The notes beneath the pieces are model-generated. The model did not search any database. It was not told where the DNA came from and was given only the letters and a program-made list of their open reading frames with translations. From contig JAPLCQ010000143.1 in NCBI GenBank assembly GCA_026392115.1, positions 819 through 64,818 on the forward strand: 64,000 nucleotides of DNA, in the 5' to 3' direction. The position numbers and the translations under genes were made by a program. Below are positions 38,278-46,040 of this stretch, piece after piece (within the stretch, counting starts at the first letter, position 1; every line of letters begins with the position of its first letter). This stretch comes from Armatimonadota bacterium (GTDB lineage: Bacteria; Armatimonadota; Chthonomonadetes; Chthonomonadales; CAJBBX01).

Positions 38278-38501
38278 CGGACATCCCCGCGCGCCAGGCG
38301 ATCCTCATAGCTCACGAGGTCGGCAAGGTAATGGTCCAGTCCGCGCTCGGCAAGCTGCACGGACTCCTCAAAGCCCTGCCATGCCTCCCATCGGTTGGCG
38401 CTGTGCCTCGTGACAAGGAAGTCGACATAGTCGCCAACCTCCTGGACGAGTGGGTCCGGTAGGGTTCGAATTCGCGCGATCGTCGCCTCAAGGGTGGTCA
38501 T
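38271..38501 (-). CDS. DUF2281-like putative antitoxin
   Basis: 76 aa; IRTLPDPLVQEVGDYVDFL motif; AGGAG RBS; overlaps the toxin start. Confidence 0.75.
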   Translation of the reverse strand: MTTLEATIARIRTLPDPLVQEVGDYVDFLVTRHSANRWEAWQGFEESVQLAERGLDHYLADLVSYEDRLARGDVRW

Positions 38502-38542
38502 GCGTCTCGCTCCTGGTCCGAGGGTGTGCCATCCGCTACAGC

Positions 38543-38705
38543 CTACCCCGCGCCGGCCCGCGCGTAGTCATACCCCTTCAGCCGGACCGACCGCCGATGA
38601 TGCCGTTCGGGATCATACACCGCACGTCGCCTCCCACCCAGGTAGGGGCGGCCCCCCCCCCGTGGCCGCCCTGCGCCACGATGGTGACGAAGTACGCGCC
38701 GGCCC
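38543..38705 (-). mobile_element. Remnant of a REP-associated tyrosine transposase (RAYT) 5' end, with REP
   Basis: 38620-38543 reads VYDPERHHRRSVRLKGYDYARAGAG* after a GGAGG. 38703-38668 reads AGAYFVTIVAQG. Together they match the RAYT N-terminal signature HHRRSIRLKGYDYSxxGAYFVT. Flanked by the 11-bp direct repeat CGCGCCGGCCC. Confidence 0.8.
38642..38671 (+). repeat. GTAG-type REP palindrome
   Basis: GTAG + GGGCGGCC-(C8GT loop)-GGCCGCCC, embedded between the two RAYT fragments. Confidence 0.8.
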
Positions 38706-38938
38706 CCGCAGCGGGCAACCCTTCCTCTGAGATTCTCTGCGCCTGCAGCAGCAGGAACCGACCCCTTGCTTGTCGAACTGCTCGTATGCAGAGCTGCCGT
38801 GGCCGCCGGACTGCAGTGACACCCGTTGCGTTTGCGTGGTGGTTACGTCATGATGGGGCCAACGCCCATCGGCGTGGCCCACGGCTCGCCGGCTAGATTG
38901 GTTCGCGTTGCCGTTGATTGGCGCAGGAGGCACCGTCC

Positions 38939-41242
38939 ATGCCACGACTAACCGAGCAGGAACAGCAGGAGATCATCCGCTTTATCGAGGCCGACAGACC
39001 GCTGCCGGATAAGTACCGCTTCCTCCTGTTCGAGGACAAACGGGAGGTCGAGCTGGTCTGGAACGGCAAAACTAACGAGGTCTGCAACATCGTTCTGCCC
39101 TTCCAGGTCATCGAACAGGTCGACGAACCGCGTGCGGAGAAGCCCGAGGACGCGGCTGCGCAGTTATCCCTCTTCGATGATCGGGGTCGGCAACTCAAGG
39201 GATGGACGAATAAGCTGATCTGGGGCGATAACAAGCTCATCCTCTCATCGCTGAAGAACGGCCCGCTGCGCGAGCAGATCGAGAAGCAGGGCGGCCTCAA
39301 GCTAATCTACATCGATCCGCCCTTCGATGTGGGCGCCGACTTCAGCATGGACATCGAGATCGGCGGCGACACCTTCACCAAGAAGCCCAACATCCTGGAA
39401 GAGATCGCCTACCGCGACACGTGGGGGAAGGGTGCCGATTCGTTCATCGCCATGATCTACGAGCGCCTAATCCTCATGCGCGATCTGCTGGCAGAGGACG
39501 GCAGCATATACGTTCATTGTGACTGGCGGGTCACGCATACTATGCGCTGCTGCATGGACGAGGTGTTCGGGCTGGCGTCCTTTGCCAACGAGATCATTTG
39601 GAAGCGCACTACGAGCCATTCGGACTCTGGCGCGTTCGGGTCGGTGCACGACACGATCTGGTACTACAGTAAGCCGAGGGCCACTCGGCGCGTAGTGCTC
39701 CAACCCTACGACGACGACTATGTAGAGGCGTACTACCGATATAAGGACCCCGACGGGCGGAGGTTCATGTCCGGCGATCTGACCGGCGCCGGCGCGGGCC
39801 CGCCACGCCATTTCGGGGAACGTGGCGACCTGGCACCGCCGGCCTCTCGGCACTGGATGTTCGACCAGGCGGGTGTTGACAGGGCGATGGCCCAGAACCG
39901 TATTTTCTGGACCCGCAACGGTATTCCCCGGCTCAAAAGGTACCTGGATGACGCAGACGGCATGCCTGCTGCAGACCTTTGGTTGGACGTCCAACCACTC
40001 AGGTCGTGGCACCGCGAGGAGTCGACAAGCTATGCCACCCAGAAGCCTGAGGCGCTCATCGACCGAGTACTCAGGGCCTCGTCTGATAGCGGCGACCTCG
40101 TGGCCGACTTCTTTTGCGGCTCTGGCACGATGGCGGCAGTGGCCGAAAAGCTCGGGCGCAAGTGGATTGCCTGCGACCTAGGCAAGTTCGCCATACACAC
40201 TACGCGCAAGCGCATGATCGGGGTCCAGCGGCAACTCAAGGCCGACGGCAAGGACTACCGCGCCTTCGAGATCTTGAACTTGGGCAAGTACGAGCGTCAG
40301 CACTATGTCGGTATCAACCCCAACCTGCGCGAGGCGGAGCAGCAGAAGCAGCAGCAGGGCAAGGAGGCGGCGTTCCTCGACCTGATCCTGCGCGCCTATC
40401 GCGCGGAGAAGACAATTGGCTTCGCGAGCTTCCATGGCAAGCGGGCCGGACGGCTGGTGGCCGTTGGACCGGTCAATATGCCGGTCACGCGTCTCTTCGT
40501 CGAAGAGATCATCCTCGAATGCCGCAAGAACCACATCACGAAGGTGGACATCCTGGGGTTCGAGTTCGAGATGGGGCTCTTCCCCAATGTGCTGGACGAC
40601 GCGCGGGCGAAGGGGATCGACATCGCGCCGAAGTACATCCCCGCCGAGGTGTTCGACAAGCGGGCGGTGGAGAAGAACCAGGTCGTGTTCCACGACGTGG
40701 CGTTCATCGAGGTTAAGCCGCACGTTAAGGGCAAGACCATAGCGGTAGAGCTGACGGACTTTTCGGTGTTCTACTCACAGGACTCGATTGCTAACGCTGA
40801 GGCCGCCATCAAGAGCAAGGGCAGCCGGATAGTGGTGGAGAAGGGCCAGATCGTCAAGGTGAGTAAGGATGCCGAGGGGATCGTCACTCGCGAGGTGCTC
40901 ACCAGGCACTGGACAGACTGGGTTGACTACTGGGCTGTGGACTTCAACTTCGAGAGCAAGCGCGAGATCGTACGGGTTAAGATGATGCCGCCCGTACAAG
41001 ACACGGTGGAGGGACTCGAGCCGCCGCAGATGGTGCTGGAGGAATACGAGGAGGTTTGGACCGGGGACTACATCTTCGAGAACGAGTGGCAGAGCTTCCG
41101 GACCAAGAAGGACCGATCCCTGGAGCTGACGAGCGTCTACCACGAGTGTGCGCCCGGCAGGCGCAAGGTCGCTGTTAAAGTGGTGGACATCTTCGGGAAC
41201 GACACCATGACCATCGTGGACGTCAGTGTGGGGAAGGGCTGA
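38939..41242 (+). CDS. mod: Type III restriction-modification DNA methyltransferase (Mod, beta-class amino-methyltransferase)
   Basis: NKLIWGDN, IYIDPPF (motif IV), TQKPEAL, DFFCGSGT (SAM-binding), C-terminal KVVDIFGND; AGGAGG RBS before ATG 38939. Confidence 0.92.
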   Translation: MPRLTEQEQQEIIRFIEADRPLPDKYRFLLFEDKREVELVWNGKTNEVCNIVLPFQVIEQVDEPRAEKPEDAAAQLSLFDDRGRQLKGWTNKLIWGDNKLILSSLKNGPLREQIEKQGGLKLIYIDPPFDVGADFSMDIEIGGDTFTKKPNILEEIAYRDTWGKGADSFIAMIYERLILMRDLLAEDGSIYVHCDWRVTHTMRCCMDEVFGLASFANEIIWKRTTSHSDSGAFGSVHDTIWYYSKPRATRRVVLQPYDDDYVEAYYRYKDPDGRRFMSGDLTGAGAGPPRHFGERGDLAPPASRHWMFDQAGVDRAMAQNRIFWTRNGIPRLKRYLDDADGMPAADLWLDVQPLRSWHREESTSYATQKPEALIDRVLRASSDSGDLVADFFCGSGTMAAVAEKLGRKWIACDLGKFAIHTTRKRMIGVQRQLKADGKDYRAFEILNLGKYERQHYVGINPNLREAEQQKQQQGKEAAFLDLILRAYRAEKTIGFASFHGKRAGRLVAVGPVNMPVTRLFVEEIILECRKNHITKVDILGFEFEMGLFPNVLDDARAKGIDIAPKYIPAEVFDKRAVEKNQVVFHDVAFIEVKPHVKGKTIAVELTDFSVFYSQDSIANAEAAIKSKGSRIVVEKGQIVKVSKDAEGIVTREVLTRHWTDWVDYWAVDFNFESKREIVRVKMMPPVQDTVEGLEPPQMVLEEYEEVWTGDYIFENEWQSFRTKKDRSLELTSVYHECAPGRRKVAVKVVDIFGNDTMTIVDVSVGKG

Positions 41243-43935
41243 TGGCACTGCATAAGGACTTTCCCCAGTCGCCTCACGCGATCCTGGACCCCTCCGTCAG
41301 GTGGTTTCCAGCCGATGAGGCTCTGCGCGAGACGAGCATGGAGAAGCTCATGCCGCCGCTCGTGGCAGCCTTGCGCCGCAAGGTGAAGGAGTTCCGCGAC
41401 GGCGGGTATGTGGGCGCGACGGACACGAGCCGCAGCCTCCTGACTTGGTGGTTTTCGACGCCGCACCTTCTCCCTGGTTCTGACGGGACCATGGTGGAGT
41501 TCGAGTACTACTTCGCGCAGCGGGAGGCCCTGGAGACTATCGTCTACCTCTGCGATGTGGTCGGCGTTCAGGACAAGCACGACCTGATGCGCTTCGACAG
41601 CAGCGGACTCGTCTCCGGCGGCATGTTCGACGAGACGTGGCGGCGCTTCGTGGTGAAGATGGCGACCGGCAGCGGCAAGACAAAGGTGCTCAGCCTCGCC
41701 CTTGCGTGGAGCTTCTACCATAAGCTGTACGAGGCAGACTCCGACCTGGCGCGCAACTTCCTGGTCATCACGCCCAACATCATCGTGCTTGACCGCGTGT
41801 ACCGAGACTTCCAGGGCCTCCGCATCTTCTTCGAGGACCCGGTCGTGCCCGACAACGGCTTCTGCGGCCGCAACTGGCGCGACGACTTCCAGCTTACGGT
41901 GCACCTTCAGGACGAGGCCCGCATCACGCGTCCTACCGGCAACATCTTCCTGACCAATATCCACCGCGTCTATTCGGGCGACGACATCCCACCGGCGCCG
42001 GATGACGAGGACATGCGGGACTACTTCCTCGGCAAGCGGCCCACGGGCGCAACCACCGACTCGAAGGTCGACCTGGGCATGATCGTGCGGGATATTGACG
42101 AACTGATGGTGCTCAACGACGAGGCGCACCACATCCACGACCCCCGCATGGCGTGGTTTAAGTCCATCGAGGACATCCACAATAGGCTGAAACAGAAGGG
42201 CTCCGCCCTCTCGATGCAGGTGGACACGACAGCAACCCCCAAGCACAACAACGGCGCGATCTTCGTGCAGACTGTGGTCGACTACCCCCTGGTGGAGGCC
42301 ATCTCCCAGAACGTGGTCAAGCACCCGGTGCTGCCCGATGCGCCCAGCCGCGCTAAGCTGCAGGAGCGGCAGAGCGCCAAGTACACAGAAAAGTACGCCG
42401 ACTACATCGACCTCGGCGTGATCGAATGGCGCAAGGCATACGCCGAGCACGAGAAGATGGGCAAGAAGGCGATCCTCTTCGTGATGACCGACGACACCCG
42501 GAACTGCGATGACGTGGCGGAGTACCTGGAGGGGCACTACCAGGACCTGAAGGGTGCCGTCCTCGTGATACACACCAAGAACAACGGTGAAGTATCCGAA
42601 GCGGTATCGGGCAAAGACAAGGACGAACTGGACAGGCTGCGAAAGCAGGCAAACGAGATCGACGCAAACGCGAGCCCCCACAAGGCAATCATCTCAGTGA
42701 TGATGTTGAAGGAGGGGTGGGACGTACGCAACGTCACCACCATAGTGGGCCTGCGCGCCTACGGGTCCGCAAGCAAGATCCTGCCTGAGCAGACGTTAGG
42801 TCGCGGGCTGCGCAGAATGTACCGCGGGGACGTGGAGGAGTACGTCAGCGTAGTCGGCACCGATGCCTTCATGGACTTCGTTGAGTCGATTCAGGCCGAG
42901 GGAGTGGTGCTGGAGCGCAAGGCCATGGGCGAGGGTACGGGCCCGAAAACGCCGCTGGTGGTCGAGGTCGAGCGCGAAAATCAGAAGAAGGACATAGCGG
43001 CTCTCGACATTGAGATACCAGTGCTCACGCCCCGGGTCTATCGGGAGTACAAGAGCCTGCAGGAACTGGACGTATCCGCGCTGGGACAGCAGCGCGTCGT
43101 GTACCTGCAGTTCAGTGCGGAAGAGCAGCGGGAGATCGTGTTCAAGGACATTACAACCGGCGCGATCACCCACACGACTCTCCTCGATTCTGCCTCCGCC
43201 GCCGACTCAAGCAGCGTGATCGGCTATTTTGCGCAGACCATCATGAAGGACCTGCGCTTGGTGAGCGGCTATGACGTGCTATATGGCAAGGTGAAGTCGT
43301 TCGTGCAAGACGAGCTGTTCGGGGTGCGGGTGGACCTGGACGACCCGAACACGCTGCGGAACCTGTCGGAACTCACCGCAACCAAGACGCTGATTGAGAG
43401 CTTCAAGAAGGCCATCAACGCTCTCACCGTTCGTGAGAGAGGCGACGCTGAGATTCGTGACACGATCAAGCTGCGCCAGACGCGGCCCTTCGTCGCCAAA
43501 GAGCAAGGCTACGTCGTCCCGAAGAAGAGCATCTTCAACCGTATCATCGGCGACAGCCCGCTGGAGTTACGGTTTGCCGGCTTCTTGGAAGGATGCGGCG
43601 ACGGCGAGGTGGTCTCCTACGCCAAGAACTACTTGGCTGTGGGCTTCAAGCTGGACTATGTGAAGGCCGACGGCGACATCTCCAACTACTACCCGGACTT
43701 CATCGTGAAGCTCACCACCAAGCGAGTCGTGATCGTCGAGACCAAGGGGCAAGCCGACCTCGACGTCCCGCTGAAGATGGCGCGCCTGCGCCAGTGGTGC
43801 GAGGACATCAACCAAGCGCAGCAGGACGTGAAGTTCGACTTCGTCTACGTGGACGAGGAGAGCTTCGACAAGTACAAGCCGACGACGTTCAAGCAGTTGC
43901 TGGATGGGTTCAGGGAGTACAAGGGGGCGGGGTGA
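41242..43935 (+). CDS. res: Type III restriction endonuclease Res subunit (SF2 helicase + PD-(D/E)xK nuclease)
   Basis: TGATG coupling to mod; MATGSGKT, NDEAHH, TATP, LKEGWDV, EQTLGRGLR, YYPDFIV...IVETKG. Confidence 0.92.
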   Translation: MALHKDFPQSPHAILDPSVRWFPADEALRETSMEKLMPPLVAALRRKVKEFRDGGYVGATDTSRSLLTWWFSTPHLLPGSDGTMVEFEYYFAQREALETIVYLCDVVGVQDKHDLMRFDSSGLVSGGMFDETWRRFVVKMATGSGKTKVLSLALAWSFYHKLYEADSDLARNFLVITPNIIVLDRVYRDFQGLRIFFEDPVVPDNGFCGRNWRDDFQLTVHLQDEARITRPTGNIFLTNIHRVYSGDDIPPAPDDEDMRDYFLGKRPTGATTDSKVDLGMIVRDIDELMVLNDEAHHIHDPRMAWFKSIEDIHNRLKQKGSALSMQVDTTATPKHNNGAIFVQTVVDYPLVEAISQNVVKHPVLPDAPSRAKLQERQSAKYTEKYADYIDLGVIEWRKAYAEHEKMGKKAILFVMTDDTRNCDDVAEYLEGHYQDLKGAVLVIHTKNNGEVSEAVSGKDKDELDRLRKQANEIDANASPHKAIISVMMLKEGWDVRNVTTIVGLRAYGSASKILPEQTLGRGLRRMYRGDVEEYVSVVGTDAFMDFVESIQAEGVVLERKAMGEGTGPKTPLVVEVERENQKKDIAALDIEIPVLTPRVYREYKSLQELDVSALGQQRVVYLQFSAEEQREIVFKDITTGAITHTTLLDSASAADSSSVIGYFAQTIMKDLRLVSGYDVLYGKVKSFVQDELFGVRVDLDDPNTLRNLSELTATKTLIESFKKAINALTVRERGDAEIRDTIKLRQTRPFVAKEQGYVVPKKSIFNRIIGDSPLELRFAGFLEGCGDGEVVSYAKNYLAVGFKLDYVKADGDISNYYPDFIVKLTTKRVVIVETKGQADLDVPLKMARLRQWCEDINQAQQDVKFDFVYVDEESFDKYKPTTFKQLLDGFREYKGAG

Positions 43936-44067
43936 TGCACTACCATGCGCGGCGTTGGGTGGTTGCCGGTGGACGTGCAATTCCGGCCGGCCGTCGTCAC
44001 GTCGCCGACGGGTGGACCGGCCAGTCGTACAGCATTGTGCCTGAGTGTGGGCTCGGGGCGATAGACC

Positions 44068-45828
44068 ATGCGCGTTACTGACGTCGAGGTGGCAGGGTTC
44101 CGCAGCCTTGGAAGCGTGACGGCCAAGCTAGAGGACTACACGACCCTACTCGGGCGCAATGATTCCGGGAAGTCCTCGTTCCTTCGAGCGCTTCAGCTTC
44201 TGTTCGATCCGGCTGAGAGCCCGGTCGACTCGGACTACTGCCGCGTCGATAACTACGACGGCGATTGCTATGTGGGTGCGACTCTTACTGGGTACCCGCC
44301 TGACGCGGATCTCGCCCCCGATGGGTCGGTCCGCATCCGGCGGCACCTCCACCCCACGTCGCGGTGGGAGTATTGGGGCCGTGTGCCCGCCCACAACACC
44401 CTGAAGGTAATGAAGGCAGGGACACTCCTACGGATGGCGTATACCAACGACCACACCTTGGACAAGCCTGTCCGCAACCTGGTAGAGACTGTGATTGCCG
44501 GCACGCCGGGCAAGGTAGCGCCCGAGACATGGAAGCAAGTATACGCGTCGCTCGTAGCGGCAGAGCTGGTTGACATGGAGGATGGGTGGTGCGCACTCGA
44601 CGGCGCCGTCATTGGGGGTCTGGTGGAGGTAGTCATGCTCCAAGCAGACGCCCGCGCCGGTGAGGAGCTCAAGGGCCCGCGGTCAGTTCTAGAGAGAGTC
44701 GGCGGCATGCTGGTCCGGGCAGCGATTGCGGGTGAAGCGAGTTGGGTTAAGGCGCAGGAGACGCTTCGTCAGGAGATCGCTCGCATCGCAGGCCGCAACG
44801 CAAAGGGCGAGTACTGCATTGCGCAGCTGAACGAGCTTGAGGCTGCATTCCGAGATGAGATTAAGTCGTTCGATAGTGCGGTATCTGTAGACTCCCATCT
44901 GGTGCCGCCGGACGTACCCAATCTGGCCTTCCGCTACCAGGTTGGGGTTAGTGACGAGTGGGTAAATGGGGTTGAGAAGATGGGCCACGGCATGCAGCGC
45001 TCGGTAGTCTTCGCCATGCTGCGGACCCACAGGCGGATCCGGCGTGTGCCCGTGACAGAGGCGGTCGAAGCGGCGATCCCGCCGCTATACCTGTTCCTGA
45101 TGGAGGAGCCGGAACTCTACTTACACCCGCAGGCCGAACGGTCCGTGAGGGGGCAGTTGCAGGGCCTCTCTTTGCACCCTGATGCACAGGTTGTGCTATG
45201 CACGCACTCGGCGGCATTCGTCGACCTGAACTGCTACAAGGGGATAGTCCGGTTCGAGAGGCCGGACCGTCGACTCACGTTACTCCATTCATGGACAGGA
45301 GATGATCTTCCAGCGGACGAGAAGAACACGCTGAACACCACGTACTGGTTCGACCCCAACCGTGCGGCCATGCTCTTCGCAGACAGAGTGATCTTGGTTG
45401 AGGGAGCGACTGAGAAGGTCACCGTGCCACACCTCGCAGAGCGGCTTGGTCTTCCCACAGACGGCGTGGAGATGGTCGACTGTGGTGGGAACGGCAACAT
45501 CCCCCTGTTCCAGCGCGTGCTGGAGGAGTTCAAGGTTCCCTATGTCGCTTGGCTGGACTCAAAGGAGAAGCACGAAGTCGAACGCGCCCGTGCGGCGCGC
45601 TCGCAGGAGCTCGGGCGTATCGTGCTAACCAACCGCAACTGGGAACACATGACGGGACTCCGAGCCGGTGGTGACAAGACGTTCCGAAGCTGGCAGCACT
45701 TTGTTCAACAAGGGAACGATCCAAACACACCGACCGAGCAGTGCATCTGCGTCGCTTACGCGAGGAAGGACTTTGAGCCCCCGAAGGATGACGACAAACA
45801 CCAGCAGAGAGGTCGGCGGCGTGCGTAA
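44068..45828 (+). CDS. OLD-family ATP-dependent nuclease (ABC ATPase + TOPRIM)
   Basis: FRSL, Walker A GRNDSGKS, signature GHGMQR, Walker B EEPELYLHP, H-switch THS, TOPRIM FADRVILVEGATE...DCGG. Confidence 0.88.
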   Translation: MRVTDVEVAGFRSLGSVTAKLEDYTTLLGRNDSGKSSFLRALQLLFDPAESPVDSDYCRVDNYDGDCYVGATLTGYPPDADLAPDGSVRIRRHLHPTSRWEYWGRVPAHNTLKVMKAGTLLRMAYTNDHTLDKPVRNLVETVIAGTPGKVAPETWKQVYASLVAAELVDMEDGWCALDGAVIGGLVEVVMLQADARAGEELKGPRSVLERVGGMLVRAAIAGEASWVKAQETLRQEIARIAGRNAKGEYCIAQLNELEAAFRDEIKSFDSAVSVDSHLVPPDVPNLAFRYQVGVSDEWVNGVEKMGHGMQRSVVFAMLRTHRRIRRVPVTEAVEAAIPPLYLFLMEEPELYLHPQAERSVRGQLQGLSLHPDAQVVLCTHSAAFVDLNCYKGIVRFERPDRRLTLLHSWTGDDLPADEKNTLNTTYWFDPNRAAMLFADRVILVEGATEKVTVPHLAERLGLPTDGVEMVDCGGNGNIPLFQRVLEEFKVPYVAWLDSKEKHEVERARAARSQELGRIVLTNRNWEHMTGLRAGGDKTFRSWQHFVQQGNDPNTPTEQCICVAYARKDFEPPKDDDKHQQRGRRRA

Positions 45829-46040
45829 GGCTGCTGCCGCCGGTTCGCGCACGCCGCCGCCAGCATCGGGAAAGGTATAAGGCGTGCCGCGCGGCACGGC
45901 GCGGCTCATCGCGAGGTCAGGTGTGCGGAGGATTCCGACTCGCCCGCATGGAACACTATTTGGGCACCCGGATGCAGGCTACTACATGACTATCGGCGAG
46001 CGATGGGGCGCGCAGGATTCGACGAGGGGAGAGTAACACC

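Noticed and set aside
38652-38661. C10 tract as a phase-variation switch for mod
   Set aside because: It lies in the REP hairpin about 280 bp upstream of mod, not in the coding sequence or an evident promoter; no simple-sequence repeat is seen inside mod.
43935-44081. Short ORF starting at the res stop (TGATG, MHYHARRW...)
   Set aside because: No recognisable motif and it overlaps the OLD start; could be a gene stub but cannot be supported.
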